Source of the DNA: Octopus bimaculoides
Taxonomy: Eukaryota
Direction: 5' to 3'
Length of the DNA: 64,000 nucleotides
NCBI RefSeq assembly: GCF_001194135.2
Contig: NC_068982.1
Location: 172,735,815 to 172,799,814, forward strand
Shown: piece after piece, positions 37,883 through 52,124 of the stretch
Layout of the letters: every line of letters begins with the position of its first letter
Numbering within the stretch: position 1 is the first letter of the stretch
Program-made: the position numbers and the translations under genes
The notes under the pieces: model-generated
What the model was told of the DNA's origin: nothing
Database searches by the model: none
The model's input: the letters and a program-made list of their open reading frames with translations, nothing else

Positions 37883-38845
37883 ATACATTCTGCAGCTTTG
37901 AACCTCTTCTCCATGACTTCGCTTATCGTCCAAGACTCACATCCATACGTTAGCACCAATCAGATGTAGAATGGTAATATAATATATGATATAGTTTAGT
38001 AAACAGAATTACATTAGGAAACCTACACACATACACACACACACATATATCAAACAGTCAGGCAGAACCAAAACTTGGATCATTTAGTTAAATCAGTAAG
38101 GATCCTGGTGAATTTGCCATGGGGAGTGTGTATGTCTTTGTCCCCTGCCACCACTTGACAACTGGTGTTAGTATGTTTACATCCCCTGTAGCTTAGTGGT
38201 TCAGCAAAAGAGACTGATGGAATAAGTACCTGGCTTAAAAGGAAATAAGTAATTGGGCCAATTCATTTGACTAAAAATTCTTCAAGGCGATGCCCCAGCA
38301 TAGCCGCAGTCTAATGACAAAAATAGATAAAAGATAGATATATATAATGTATATTGTTAAGAATGAAAGTGGCATTTTAGAATTATTTTTCTTGCAGGCT
38401 CTATTGTCTGTTAAGTTGGGGTCGCTTTACTCAAACTACAATAACAACAAAGAAACCAAAAGAAAAACAAATGGGATATGGGTGATCATTAGTTACAGCC
38501 CACCCCTTTCAGCCCTGCTGCTACTGTTATTGTCACTATCACTACTACTACTACTACTACTACTACTTGTAGTTTGTATAGGGTGGTGAGTGGACTGGCA
38601 GAGGACAAAATGTCTTCTGGTATTTATTTATGAATCTTCTCTTTATTATGCTCTGGGTTCAAATCCTGCAGAAGTTCACTTTATCTTTGTGATAAAATAA
38701 TTACCAGTCAAGTACTTGGGAAGTGCTGGGGGGGATTCCCCTCCCCTCTCACTCATCCCATCCATATCTTATCTTCCCCTATGGCCTTGCGTTTATTATG
38801 TTAGATAAAAATCACTATTACTCATGCTTGCTGTTGCTGCTGCTG

Positions 38846-38904
<59 letters not shown>

Positions 38905-39859
38905 GCCACCACCACCACCACCACCACCAAGATCTCTAAAATGCTGTAAGCCAGTTACCTTTTATCCAGTCAATTAGTCCGTAGTTAATAAGGCTTCTAG
39001 ATTTGTGTGTGTGCCTAGTGTTGGCTAGATAGTTAATTGGTCAATTGGCTGGCTGGTTGGTGGTTTATGTAACTCTTTATCAACACTGGGCCCTACAGAA
39101 TGCTTCCTGTGTTTGTCCAGTGCACAGTAACCAAAAGTAGAGTTTTCAGGCTTCTCTCACTTTCTCTCTCTCTCTCTCTCTCTCTCTCACAATTTTATTC
39201 TGTTTCTTACACCGTCTCTCTTTATCCATTTCTTTCTCTGTCTTGTCTCAATCATCTTTCCTTTCATTCTCTTTCTTTGTCCATTCTCTCCCCACTCCCC
39301 TTGAACTTTTACGGGGGTTTTTTTTTCTTTTATCTATTTATCTCCCCTCTTTCTCTTCCTCTACTCTTTTTCGTTTCTTTACCTACCTTCCCAATTCTCA
39401 TTAATGTTTTCTCTTCTCCATCTTTTTAGTATTTCCTTCTACATCCGTCTTCTTCCTTCTCTTCATGCTCTCTCACCATTCTTCTTCCTTCACCCATCAT
39501 GGGCAAACTGCAGCCCCATGGGACACTCTGAATGGAATGTCTCAGACAAAAAATTACTTTGAATCTTTTACTATTAGCACAGTCCACCTTAGCACAGACC
39601 ACCTGATGAACCATGTCTCATATAGCCCGCTTCTCAAAAAAAAGGGGGGGGGGGAATGGCCAATGCTTCCTCTACGATGGGGACGGGGATATTTAAAAAC
39701 CAGATTTATAGAAACTTCTTTCAAAATTCTTATTTTGCTTTTCACATGTTCACTCATGTAGGTTGAATTATGTAAAATGTTAGGGACAAACCTAGCTGTT
39801 TCTTGCAATACATACCAATACATACATCTAAGGCAAAATATCTTTTCAGGGGCCTTTAG

Positions 39860-40010
39860 CTCTTTCCCATTCAAACCAGCCATATCCAGCCCAAATATTC
39901 TACCTGTCTTATGTTCAAACTGGCCAGATCAATCCAGCCTCTCACACCTACCCTGCAATGTTATTCTGAAAATAAAACACCCATCCCATCAAAATCATGA
40001 AGCGTACGAT
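39860..40010 (-). mobile_element. Fragment of the TTAA-type MITE family
   Basis: ccagccatatccagcccaaatattctacctgtcttatgttcaaactggccagat matches 58795-58835 and the reverse complement of 54270-54326. Confidence 0.6.
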
Positions 40011-41423
40011 TAATTTGCAACAATGTGAGTAAATGGCTATTACATTCGAAAGTCTGAATGCTAAAGCAATTAAAATGCTGTTGTGGATTCCTAGTTTACT
40101 GTCTTTTTGCTTGGACCCCCAACAATCTTGTATGGACCCAGCAGTGTACCACTGCTCTGCATACTTCTCTACCAGTTTCCAATTATTTGTTTTTGTTCTA
40201 GCCAACATTAACCTCTCATTAAATTCCTCTCTCTCTCTCTCTCTGTCCCCACCTCCACACATTTACTCCCAACCTTGACGCCACCATCATCCACGTACAC
40301 CATACACTCCGCACTGTCTTATTGCTGTTAAGTTTTGTTACTTCAGACTGATTTGTTAAATTCTTTTAAAATTATTGTAATTACCAGCCCTTGCCAAACG
40401 AGTGTGTTGTTAGTGCGCTGTTGCTGTTGCTCGTTACTGTTGTTTATTGCTATTGTCACCTCCCCCATCACCCACATATCCCTTCCACTAGCATTGTCAT
40501 CACCATTGTCGTCATCACCGTCGTCGTCATCATCATCATTACTATCATTGTCCACCTATTACCATTGCTGTTAAGTGGTTCTGCTTGCAGAAGAGTGACT
40601 GAAGGAGAGAGAGAGAGAGAGAGTAGAGGCTAATAGAGAAAAAAATTAAATTTAGGAGGACCCNNNNNNNNNNNNNNNNNNNNNNNNNNNNNNNNNNNNN
40701 NNNNNNNNNNNNNNNNNNNNNNNNNNNNNNNNNNNNNNNNNNNNNNNNNNNNNNNNNNNNNNNNNNNNNNNNNNNNNNNNNNNNNNNNNNNNNNNNNNNN
40801 NNNNNNNNNNNNNNNNNNNNNNNNNNNNNNNNNNNNNNNNNNNNNNNNNNNNNNNNNNNNNNNNNNNNNNNNNNNNNNNNNNNNNNNNNNNNNNNNNNNN
40901 NNNNNNNNNNNNNNNNNNNNNNNNNNNNNNNNNNNNNNNNNNNNNNNNNNNNNNNNNNNNNNNNNNNNNNNNNNNNNNNNNNNNNNNNNNNNNNNNNNNN
41001 NNNNNNNNNNNNNNNNNNNNNNNNNNNNNNNNNNNNNNNNNNNNNNNNNNNNNNNNNNNNNNNNNNNNNNNNNNNNNNNNNNNNNNNNNNNNNNNNNNNN
41101 NNNNNNNNNNNNNNNNNNNNNNNNNNNNNNNNNNNNNNNNNNNNNNNNNNNNNNNNNNNNNNNNNNNNNNNNNNNNNNNNNNNNNNNNNNNNNNNNNNNN
41201 NNNNNNNNNNNNNNNNNNNNNNNNNNNNNNNNNNNNNNNNNNNNNNNNNNNNNNNNNNNNNNNNNNNNNNNNNNNNNNNNNNNNNNNNNNNNNNNNNNNN
41301 NNNNNNNNNNNNNNNNNNNNNNNNNNNNNNNNNNNNNNNNNNNNNNNNNNNNNNNNNNNNNNNNNNNNNNNNNNNNNNNNNNNNNNNNNNNNNNNNNNNN
41401 NNNNNNNNNNNNNNNNNNNNNNN

Positions 41424-41499
<76 letters not shown>

Positions 41500-42905
41500 A
41501 TATATATATAGATGTTTGTTCAAAGCTTATGAAACATTGTTACTCTGAGTTTTGCATAACCTGGCGTAGTAAGCAGATGAATTACTTCAGATTTCAATGA
41601 ATAAATAAACTGTTAAATTTACTTTTTTCTCCCATTAGCACACCTAAGTGTGTGTGTGTTTGTTTGTCTGTGTGTCTGTCTTTCTCTCTCCCCTTCTCTC
41701 TCTATACATATATATGTTTTTTTTTTAATTTTTATTTACACTATTTGTATATAGTCATGGACTGGTGATTCAGTTCGCCTCTGATTCCGTTAAGGTATGT
41801 GATGTTGATAAGCCACAAAATTAATGAAACAACGATGTCCATCACTCCTGAATGGAATCTAGGGTGAATTGTCTCACCAGTCTGTGACTTTCAGGTATTT
41901 TAGCTCCCAATGCTTTGATGGAGTCATCTCCACTGCACCAATTTGCAGCCTACTGGCAGACAAGCAAAGCACTTGCATTGAGTATGTGTGTTTTATAATG
42001 TTTCCGTATATAAAATGTCTACTTCAGTTTTTGCAATATTCTATAAAATATCTGGATATCTGTGACCTGGTTATTGACATACTATTACCGCAGTGACGCT
42101 GTTGTCATTGACCAATGTGGCAGTCTTCCTTTCTTTTTGACACTGGCTTTTGACACTATCATAGATTAATGCACAAGTCCGTAATGTGTGTGTGTGCATG
42201 TGCGCGCCTTTGTGTCAGTGTGTCTTATTTGGCTATCATGACTTTTTATGATGCAGTTATTATATATTGAGTGTAGACAGGTATATCTAATTGATAAGGT
42301 GTTTGTCCATTGTTACAGTGGATTTTGTAACCTTTGTAATGGTTCTAAGTCAACCAGAATTTTATCTACCATTTCCAAATAGGCTGATCCCGCCCACACT
42401 TTCAGTTCTTCTGTCTCCACTCTCTTTTACTCATCTCACCCCCTGAAGGTTCACCCAGGCACACTATTACCTCTGTCTTCATTGCTTCCCAGTTTTGTCT
42501 TAATTATTCCCACCTTCTCTTCTTAAAATGTAACTATGTAGCCCCTCTTCAACAAGAAACCCGTTCTGCCTTTGTCCTTTTTCTCATGCTTCAAGTCCTC
42601 AACTCCAAGCATAACATAATTCCCCCTCTCTCAGTGTTTGTAGTTTTATAGTATTGTAACCTCGCTAGCGCAGGTGGCATGAGAAAAGTACGCACTACAT
42701 GCTGTAAAGTCGTCAGTGTTGGGAAGGGCATCCAGACACAGAAAACATGCCAAAGTAGACAGTAGAATGCAGTTCTTGAACCCATTGAATTCTGTCAAAC
42801 CATCCAGTCCATGCCAACATGTAACATGGATGTTAAATGATGATACTCATGCATGTGTGTGTATGTATGTATGTGTATATACATATAATAATACAAATAA
42901 TATGT

Positions 42906-43112
42906 GAGTATATGCATATATTTGTACATGTATGTACATACCTACATCTACATGTATATATAGATGCATATCTGGGTACAGGACGTTACAAAAAAAAAGA
43001 AAAACGTGGACAAAATGAAAAACAACATAAACAGGGCACAGAAAACAAACAGGCCACATAGAGAATATTTCCTTCATTAGCTGCCCCTATTCTAAACTAA
43101 GCGTTTCGAAGA
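42906..43112 (-). repeat. Dispersed repeat, copy 2 (see 850-1022)
   Basis: Collinear similarity to copy 1 with an internal A-rich expansion. Confidence 0.75.
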
Positions 43113-43323
43113 ATATATATAATTTGTCCTTGTATCCATCCATTCTGTCTTCACTCACACATACGTATAACACAGAAATAATTTTTTCATCTGTTCAAAG
43201 AATTTTGTATTACTAATAATGTCTTTAATTTTTGACTTTGTGTTTTCCTGAGTATACACTCACATGAATATGCCTCCATACACCCACACATATAAAATAT
43301 TCTTGTAATATAACACAAATGTA

Positions 43324-43354
<31 letters not shown>

Positions 43355-43954
43355 TTATTATTATTATTGAATGTGTATGTGATGTGTACATGTGGTGTGT
43401 GTTCTGAGTTTATATCCGGTCCAGTTTAAATTTGCCCTTTCTTCCTGTGGTTAGTAAAATAATAATTACCAGACTAAAGTGCTGAGGTCAATTTAATTAA
43501 TTAAAACACTTCATGTTGTTATGGTCGGAAAGTTTTTCTCTGCAGTTACGTGGTCCTGGTTTTCTTCCCACTGTTTGGCATCTTGGACAATATGCACATT
43601 CTTTTTTTTTTCTTTTTTGCTGCCCCCCACTCCTAAAAGCACTTATAGTTGAAATTTCATAGGCAGCAACTCTGTGAGAAACTGTTGTATGTGTGAGAGA
43701 GAGAGAGAGTGAGAGTGAGTGGCAGATATAAGTGTATTTTTGTAAATCAGTATAAAATGGTGTTATTTATGAAAGACTCTCGTGGTATCTACCACAGTAT
43801 AATTTGTTCTAGCAGAACATCCATGTTTAAGTGAGCTTAAATATTACCTCTCCGTACTAATGCTGTCTCTGTTGCTAATATTCTTTTTTATTCTTTTATA
43901 TATGTTTCAGCCTTCTTGAGGTTGTGGTCAAGCTGGGGCACTGCCATATATATG

Positions 43955-43985
<31 letters not shown>

Positions 43986-44566
43986 GTATATATNNNNNNN
44001 NNNNNNNNNNNNNNNNNNNNNNNNNNNNNNNNNNNNNNNNNNNNNNNNNNNNNNNNNNNNNNNNNNNNNNNNNNNNNNNNNNNNNNNNNNNNNTGTAAAA
44101 CGGTGTTGAGCAGGCGTAGCTTGTTGTATCTGTTGCTAAAGGACCATAACTCAGTACAAGTTGAATTTACAAGACTGCTAGAGATAATAAATTCAGTATA
44201 ATTTATTTAAACACTTGAGGTCTGCATGCTAGCACAGCCACACACAGTCTCATAACTGAAAACAGTAAAAGCATGTGTGTGTGTGTGTGTGTGTGAATAC
44301 ACACACACATACTTATTCAGTGACATAAAAAATAAAACTATACATATATTATTTATATAACATATACTAAAAAGTTTCAGCTGACTTGTGTGTGTGTGTT
44401 GCTGGCAAGCACTCCTTGCTGAATACCAAACATCCACTCATGATGACCTCAAAGCCGTAGCATTGCTCCTCAAGTTAGAAGGAAAATATCTACAGTCTGT
44501 GACATTCAGTATTTCCTTCCAACATCAGTCAGCCAAAAAGTTTTCAAGTGAAGTTTGCTGCTGCTC

Positions 44567-44623
<57 letters not shown>

Positions 44624-44744
44624 TGATGATGATGTTGTCTTTATGTGGTTGAGAAAGTTATCCTCATTTTCGGATGCAGGAGAAGCAGATCTGTGTGGAC
44701 TGCTTACTTATCTAGTGTGTGCATGTGTGTCTCTATCTTTCTAT

Positions 44745-44838
<94 letters not shown>

Positions 44839-45217
44839 TATAACACACGTGCATATACAATGAATAAGAAACCAAACCATGTTTCTGTTTCTCCATCTGA
44901 ATTGCTGAGTTATTTAACCAGAACAACACAAACAACAGCCGTTTTGTTTCAGAGACAGCTAGGTTAATTTCTATGTTATTTGTATCTGTGTGTATAGACA
45001 CACACATACACAAGCTTCTGCGTAGTTTCGATCTACTAAATTCACTCAAGGCTTTATTCAGCCCAGATCTCTAACAGATGACACTTGCTTAAAGCACTTT
45101 ACAGTGGGAATGAACACAAAACCATGTAACTTCACATTGAGCTTCTAAACTGCACAGTCATGCCTGTTTCTATGTAAGTAATATAGCTGTCTATCTAGTC
45201 ATATATATTCATGTGCC

Positions 45218-46040
45218 AAAAGAAATGAAGCTAGCCTGATCCGCTGGATGTGTAATGTCAGTGTGCACACACGACAGAGTGTAAGCACCCTGAGAGAAAT
45301 GTTGGGCATAAGAAGCATAGGATGTGGTGTGCAAGAGAGACGTTTGCGCTGGTATGGTCATGTACTACAAATGGATGAGGTGAGCTGTGTGAAGAAGTGC
45401 CAATCCCAAACAGTGGAAGGAATCCGGGGTAGAGGGAAACCCAGGAAGATATGGGATGAGGTGGTGAAGCATGACCTTCGAACGTTGGGCCTCACAGAGG
45501 AAATGTCGAAAGACAGAGTCCTCTGGAGATATGCTGTGACTGAGAAAACCTGGCAAATAAAGTGAGATCTCAGCTGTAACCTACACCAGTGTTGCATAAC
45601 CAGCCAACTCAAAAAGTACCCTTGGATCGTAGGGTGACATGCCGTGCTTGAGGAGACCTATTGAGTGAAGTCCATCAACATCAAAATGAAATCAAATCAC
45701 AATCAAATGGAAATTGTAGTTGTGGTCTCCATGCCGGTGGCACATAAAAAGCACCATCCAAATGTGCCTGATGCCAGCGCTGCCTTGACTGGCTCCCGTG
45801 CCGGCGGTACATAAAAAGCACCATCTGACCGTGGTCGAGGCCAGCCCCTTCTGGCCGGTGGCACGTAAAAAGCACACCCTACATTCTCGGAGTGGTTGGC
45901 TTTAGGAAGGGCATCGAGCTGTAGAAACTTTGCCAGATCAGACTGGTGCCTGGTGCAACCTCCTGGCTTTCCAGACCCCAGTCGAACTGTCCAACCCATG
46001 CCAGCATGGGAAACGGACATTAAATGATGATGATGATGAT
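45218..46040 (+). mobile_element. 5'-truncated RTE-clade LINE (ORF2 C-terminus, 3' UTR, (GAT)n tail)
   Basis: RNEASLIRWMCNVS...QERRLRWYGHVLQM...GRGKPRKIWDEVVKHDL...DRVLWR (stop at 45565) is the standard RTE C-terminus. The UTR has three gccggtggcacataaaaagcac-like repeats and ends in gatgatgatgatgat. Confidence 0.93.
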
Positions 46041-47099
46041 TTTGTGCATTGTGGAAGTATAGTTGACTACTGTTTTTGAATAAGCAGTTATAAGACAATT
46101 GCATTCATCCCACTACAATTTGGAAAGATGAGATATGAATCAGTCTCGCTGACTGAACGCAAATCTGAAATGTAAAGGGCCTGGAACTAAGCAGCAACAT
46201 GATAAAGGATTTAGTTCAACGGGCCGCCCTTCGTTAAGAAACAGCATCAGCAACAACAGTAGTAGTTGTAGTAAAAAAAGAGCCCGAATTATTTCTGAGA
46301 TTGGTGAGCAGTTATAAATCTGCAGGAGTCATGTGGTGTGTGTGAGATACAGCTCACTGAATGGACCAAAGAAGATTATTAGGATTAGTACTTTTGTTTG
46401 TTTTTTTTTGTTTTTTTATATAATCGCATAAAATAATGTGGGGTGTTGTTAGTCTGAAGTTCAGCTGTTTCTATCAGTAAGGAAGTTTTGTATTTGAAAT
46501 AAATGTTCACAGTTCAAACCTAGTCGAATGATATTGTGTATGAAAAGGTCTCCTTGATATCTTTGCATTTCATAATAAAGATTTGGCTGCTACATTTAGC
46601 ATGCAAACTCCTGTTGCTAGTTAATATGGGTATCTTTGTGTAATAACACACACATATATACCAGAGTTGCTGGAAAATTTATTTTTACAGCTGGATGCAT
46701 TCTCCCTTAGTGCCAGAATCGCTCAACCATGACAACCCATTCCCCCATACCCTGACAAGAAATAGAAGGAATAATGATGATGGTGATGTAGAGGAGAGTA
46801 AGGAAGGTGCCAGTGTTAGTTTTTCTTCCCTTTGCTTCTCCTAATTAATGCCCGTGGGGGAAAAGGCATGAATGCCTGATCTTCTTATTACAACCTCTCT
46901 ATCCCCTGTACATCTGCCACTGGAAAATCTGCCATGCCTAATTTGAAATGCATGATGTATAGAAAAAGCGAAAGGAAATAAACAAAAACATTTATAAATA
47001 AATGAAACAAATTAAACAACAAAAAAAGTCCAGAAAATATAAACAGTTTTATTTTTCAAAGAGTTCAACTAAAGGCCAGAATTTCATTTGGTGTATGTA

Positions 47100-47134
<35 letters not shown>

Positions 47135-47558
47135 TGGCATATAGTTCTTTCGTAAGTGCTCCGTGTATACTAAGGTTTCTTACTTGTCCTCCTGTGTTCC
47201 ATGCCTCACTGTTTTCCTTTATGGTGTGTGTGTGTGTGTGTGTGGAAGATGGTGAACTGACAGAATCATTAGCATGCCAGACAAAATGCTTAGTAACATT
47301 TCTTCCAGCTTTACAATTTGAATTCAAAAGCTGCTAAGATCTTGTGGGGTCAATAATACAAAGTAGCAATTGAGCAATAGGATCAATGCAATCGACTAGC
47401 CTCTCCCTGAAATGAATTTTTTCAGGCCTTGTGGCCTACAGTACAAATAATTATATATGTAAACATATACTTGCATGTGTGTCCACATATGTCTACGTAT
47501 GTGTTTGTATGTACGAGCAGGGTAGAGTAGTGTTCAGTGGAAGCAGTCAGAGTTTATG

Positions 47559-47720
47559 TACGAGGTCCAATCAATAAGTATCCAGACTGGGGCTATAAAA
47601 ATAAAACTACAACATGTACCAATTTGGCATTTGATCTCCTTCAATGTAGTCCCTTTTGGAAGCCACACACTTAATCCAATGTTGTTTCCATTGATGGAAG
47701 CATTTTTGTTATGTACGCTG
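47559..47720 (-). mobile_element. Mariner-family transposon 3' end fragment
   Basis: TA plus terminal cgaggtccaatcaataagtatccagact; minus strand KCFHQWKQHWIKCVASKRDYIEGD matches the mariner C-terminal W..RW.KCV...G.YFEGD. Confidence 0.75.
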
Positions 47721-48869
47721 CTTCTTGTGTCAAAAATAGTCGTTGTTTTGTCACCTGAGTAGTGATGCAGTGAGTCATTCATTAGTTGCAAATTAGTGCA
47801 TGTGTGTTGACCACTCTGTCTTCCTTACAACCTCTTAACTAATTTTATGCTCTTTGTTGTAGCTGCCAGCATCAGTCCTTAACCACCATATCATTCTGTT
47901 GCTCATTAATACTACCTTGACTGTAGCCATTTAACACTATCATATATTCTATCTACTGCCAAGGTACCTTGTGCTAGGAGAGCACTCACACACCAAGAGT
48001 ATACTAAGCTAAAAAATAGGTAACCCTTTCTGTCCTCCTCCTATTCTTAACCCCTATCCAAACCATGTGGCTGAGATATATCTGTTTGTAAGTTGATCTG
48101 TGTGACTGCTTGTACCCCCACTACAATCTACTACTCAATCCTACCTCTACTATGCTTGCCACCCTCATGATATATTCCTGTCTAGGACTAAGCTAATAGT
48201 TCTGATGGCAATAGTGGGGGTGGGGGTGGGGGGTGGCTGTTGCTGGTAGTAGTGGTTGAGATTGGAAAGTATGTATGTATGCATATATGGGCGATCAAAT
48301 TTATGTTGCTGAAGTTTGTGGTGGTAGCAGCAGTTAGGGTCCGTTGTTGGAAGTAGGGTTATGGTATACGCGTTTTTTATACATGTGTATGTGTGTGTGT
48401 ATATGCATATATGTATGCATATTGACTGTGTGTGTTCATGTAAGTCAGAGATGGTGTTTCTTTCAAAATTTGTTAAAACCATGATTTTGTTGAAGTTTGA
48501 TCTTCATTATTAGAAATATTATACCAGTTTATACGTTTCTTTCATTTGTTCTTTATATTTGACTAAATTCATTAGGCCAACATTTCATGATCTTCAGTTT
48601 TATTTTCATAATAACCAGTTGTAATGACACAGTCACTACATTCTAAGGCTCGTGGGAATGGCTAAGGTCTGATAAAATTTTCAATACCAGATTTCAAATT
48701 ATTTGAAGATCTTGAAATATCTATTTGATGTATTTAGAAACTTTATGTTGTACTTAGAAGGAAGGAAGAAAAATTATAAATAAAAGAGATCAAATTTAAA
48801 TATACTTGTGTTTTTAATAACACAGATATATACATACATATATGCATTATATATATTCGCCTGTTGTAG

Positions 48870-49092
48870 GTCTATTTTTCCATGCTTGCATGGGTTGGAC
48901 AAATATGTTATTTGGGTCAATGTTTTACAGCTGAATGGTCTTGTCAGCATTAACCCTTTCCTGTTCTTCGAGTAAGGGATCAGACTGTGGGTATAGTGCA
49001 ATAGCAGAAGACACTTGTCCAAGGTGCCACACAATGGGAATAAGCCCCGAAACCATGTGGGTGGGAAGCAAATTCTTACTGCACAGCCATGG
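48870..49092 (-). mobile_element. Family B SINE (head plus RTE-type tail), internally deleted
   Basis: Head motif agaagacacttgtccaaggtgccac...aaccatgtgggtgggaagcaa; tail ttccatgcttgcatgggttggac. Confidence 0.75.
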
Positions 49093-49118
49093 TGTGTGTG
49101 TGTATGTATGTATGTATG

Positions 49119-49169
<51 letters not shown>

Positions 49170-49185
49170 ACACAGTTCATGGCGT

Positions 49186-49325
49186 TAGGAAGGGCATCCA
49201 GCTGTAGAAACTCTGCCAAATTTAGATTGGAGCCTGGTGTTGCCATCCGGTCTCACCAGTCCTCAGTCAAATCGTCCAACCCATGCTAGCATGGAAAGCG
49301 GACGTTAAACGATGATGATGATGAT
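49186..49325 (+). mobile_element. RTE-type 3' tail fragment, well preserved
   Basis: ggcgttaggaagggcatccagctgtagaaac...gtccaacccatgctagcatggaaagcggacgttaaacgatgatgatgatgatg. Confidence 0.88.
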
Positions 49326-49379
49326 GAACTTAGGAGTCTGTGGCCATCCGGTACAATATGTACATATACACACTGGTGC

Positions 49380-49720
49380 AGTGGCAACATAGTCATACTA
49401 GGTTAGAAGCCATGGGGCAGGGCAAACATCTGGAATGATACATTATAGTTTGGGCATGCCCCATGTCGGATACTGTGCAAGGTCTGAAGATATGTTCAGC
49501 CACTTTGGCAGTCTTCTGCATTCTTGTACAAGCTCATTTGTCTTGACTTTATCTTGCCACTAGGCATGCTGTGTGTGAATAAGTGAATCTGATATGCATG
49601 CAGCACCTACTTTAAAAAAATAACACTTTGCACTTGTCTAGCATCTGCGTTCAGTAAGATTATGTGGCACACAATTGACAGGCCTCCATCTCAGAAACAA
49701 ATAGTCTTCTGTTGGTGGCT
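49380..49720 (-). pseudogene. Possible old RTE/RTE-X LINE relic
   Basis: WQDKVKTNEL...LPK/VAEHI...MGHA...ASNLV across one frameshift, resembling W....TN.EL...LP.+S..I..RRL...GH...AS.LV.W. Confidence 0.35.
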
Positions 49721-50714
49721 AGGGTATTCCTCACATCTGCAACAATGAAACCTCACCACTTCCATAGTTCGGGTACATGGAGGGTGTAGTAAAAGCTTCA
49801 AGGTAAGTCTGACTGCTATTTCTAGCAGGGAATGTTACTATATAGATGTCATCCTGGTTTACCTGTAAATGGTTAATAGGGTTGCAAATAAGTTTTGTAG
49901 AGTTTGTGAAGTTTGCATGAGAATATGGGTGGTGATAGCAATAATAATAGTATTTGTAGTTGGTGGTTGGCGAGTCTGGCTTAAAGGTGGTGGTGGTGGT
50001 GGTGGTGGTAGCAACGGAATATTTAGAAGTGGCATGAAGAAGGATGTTTGAACAAAATGCTTTGCGCATGGTGGTGAATGTGTTGGTGGTGTTTTAGATA
50101 GTTTTTTTTTATGGTAGTTGAGAGGTGTGGGTTCTGGGCTTCAAGTGGTGGTGGTCGTGGGTGGAGTGAGAGGGGGTACCAGTGAGGTATTTGAAATGCT
50201 GGATATAGTCAGAATATCTGTTTATTTGTAAACTGAATTCACTTTTTGTCAGTCCTGTTGCCNNNNNNNNNNNNNNNNNNNNNNNNNNNNNNNNNNNGTG
50301 TGTGTGTGTGTGTGTGTGTGGTGAATGAGGCTGTATTCTTTTGTTTGTCTTTGGATCTCCCTCTCCCTCTTCTACTTTTCTAACCCATCAACTCAAATTT
50401 GTAGTTAAATAAAACATGTGTACACTAAAAGAAAAAAATATTGCTGGGAAAATTATTTTATGTTTTCAGAGATTTCAGTCTTACACACACACACACACAA
50501 TGTGTGTGTGTGCGTGTGTGAGGACCTCCACTGGCACATACATACATACACACATATTATCCCTACATGCCTGCTCTCCAGAAATAAAAAAGGAAAGAAA
50601 CAAATTTTGGAATCTTGGTAACTTGCTTTATTATCTTAAATAAGAATGATAACAATAATAAGTAATTTCTTAAATTTGGCATGAATAATAATAATAATAA
50701 TAATGATAATAATA

Positions 50715-50745
<31 letters not shown>

Positions 50746-51518
50746 TAATAATAGTGGCAATAAGAATGGTTATTCATGTCTTATTTTTTTATGTCTATTT
50801 ATTTTGATGATGCAGAAAGGCAAATAGTTTTTTGTGGAAGACAGGATAGAGTCAGTTAGTTAATTGATTTGACCTGAGTATATACATTTTTTTCTTTTGC
50901 TTATTCATATCAAAAGAAGGTTGCTATGGAAAATGTGATTCTCAAGAGTATTTCGGTTCCAAAAACAGAATGTGCAAAACCACATACGCGCACTCGCGTG
51001 CACACACATACACACACATCTTAAGGTTCTGGAAGGATTAGAAAAACAGTTAATTCCAATGCAGCACTCAGTTCAAGCTTAAGGCTGTCTTATAACTCGT
51101 GAATTATCTTGAGTTAGATCGAAATCTTTCAGGTGTAGAAAATCCAGGTGTCACATCATTAACACCAACGTGTGGGTTTAGGAAAGAGTAAAAAAAAATA
51201 ATAATCTAAATAAGAAGACAAAAGCCCCTTTGTCTTGATATTTTGATTATTTATATATAACCATCCTCAACATTTCACATCTGTTTTCCTATGCTGGCAT
51301 GGGTTAGATGGCATGACAGGAATTGGTAAAGTCAGGGGCCTCTAGCTATGACTTCTTCTTTTCTTTTCTTTTTTTTTTTTGTATGTGTTTTTGATTAATG
51401 ACAGTCAGGACTGCATTGCCTAATGTCCTCTCCTTTATTCAGCATAGTTTGGTTGTGATTTGAGGGAGATATTGATTACTATTTCTAGCAGACTGAACCA
51501 GCAAGTATGGGTTCCCTC

Positions 51519-51553
<35 letters not shown>

Positions 51554-51988
51554 CTTCTAAGCAATTTCAGCATATGTTTCTATTACTGTTGTTTGTGTCT
51601 AGGTGGGATGATTTGGTTGGTTGCAGTATGTCCAGATCAGTCTGTTCCTTTTTTTTACATAACTGGCAACTGTTACATAGATCTTTTTCTTTTCTTTTCT
51701 TTTTTTTTGTTTGTACAGTTTTTAATTTTCTTTTTTGTTATTTTGTGTGTGATTTGCATGGGCGGGATGATATTTCTGTTGGAACATTTATTTTTACAGC
51801 TGGATACCATTCCAACTGTTAGCCATTCAACCATGAAGTAAGGAGTGTAAGCCTATTTCATGGCGCTGTGGCAAACTGGGACGAGCAGAGTTACGTGCCT
51901 TGTTTAGGGTCACACCACAATGGCTGTAAAATTTGGGAGTTTTGACCCTATAAACAATCTCTTGTAATAATTGTTCCTAAACGCACAT

Positions 51989-52023
<35 letters not shown>

Positions 52024-52124
52024 TTAGATAGACAGAGACAGAGACAGAGTGAGAGGTGCTGATGTGTACACAGTTTAGCGTTTTGAATGCAGATGATATA
52101 TTAGAAATATCGTCATTATTTAAC

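Noticed and set aside
41760-41990. Protein-like minus-strand translation (ANWCSGDDSIKALGAKIPESHRLVRQFTLDSIQE)
   Set aside because: Ends in a stop, has no recognisable family and no consistent splice sites.
44388-44560. ALLAEYQTSTHDDLKAVALLLKLEGKYL, faintly like the C-terminal lobe of SETD3-type methyltransferases
   Set aside because: No good acceptor or donor, runs into microsatellites at both ends, and no other exons were found.
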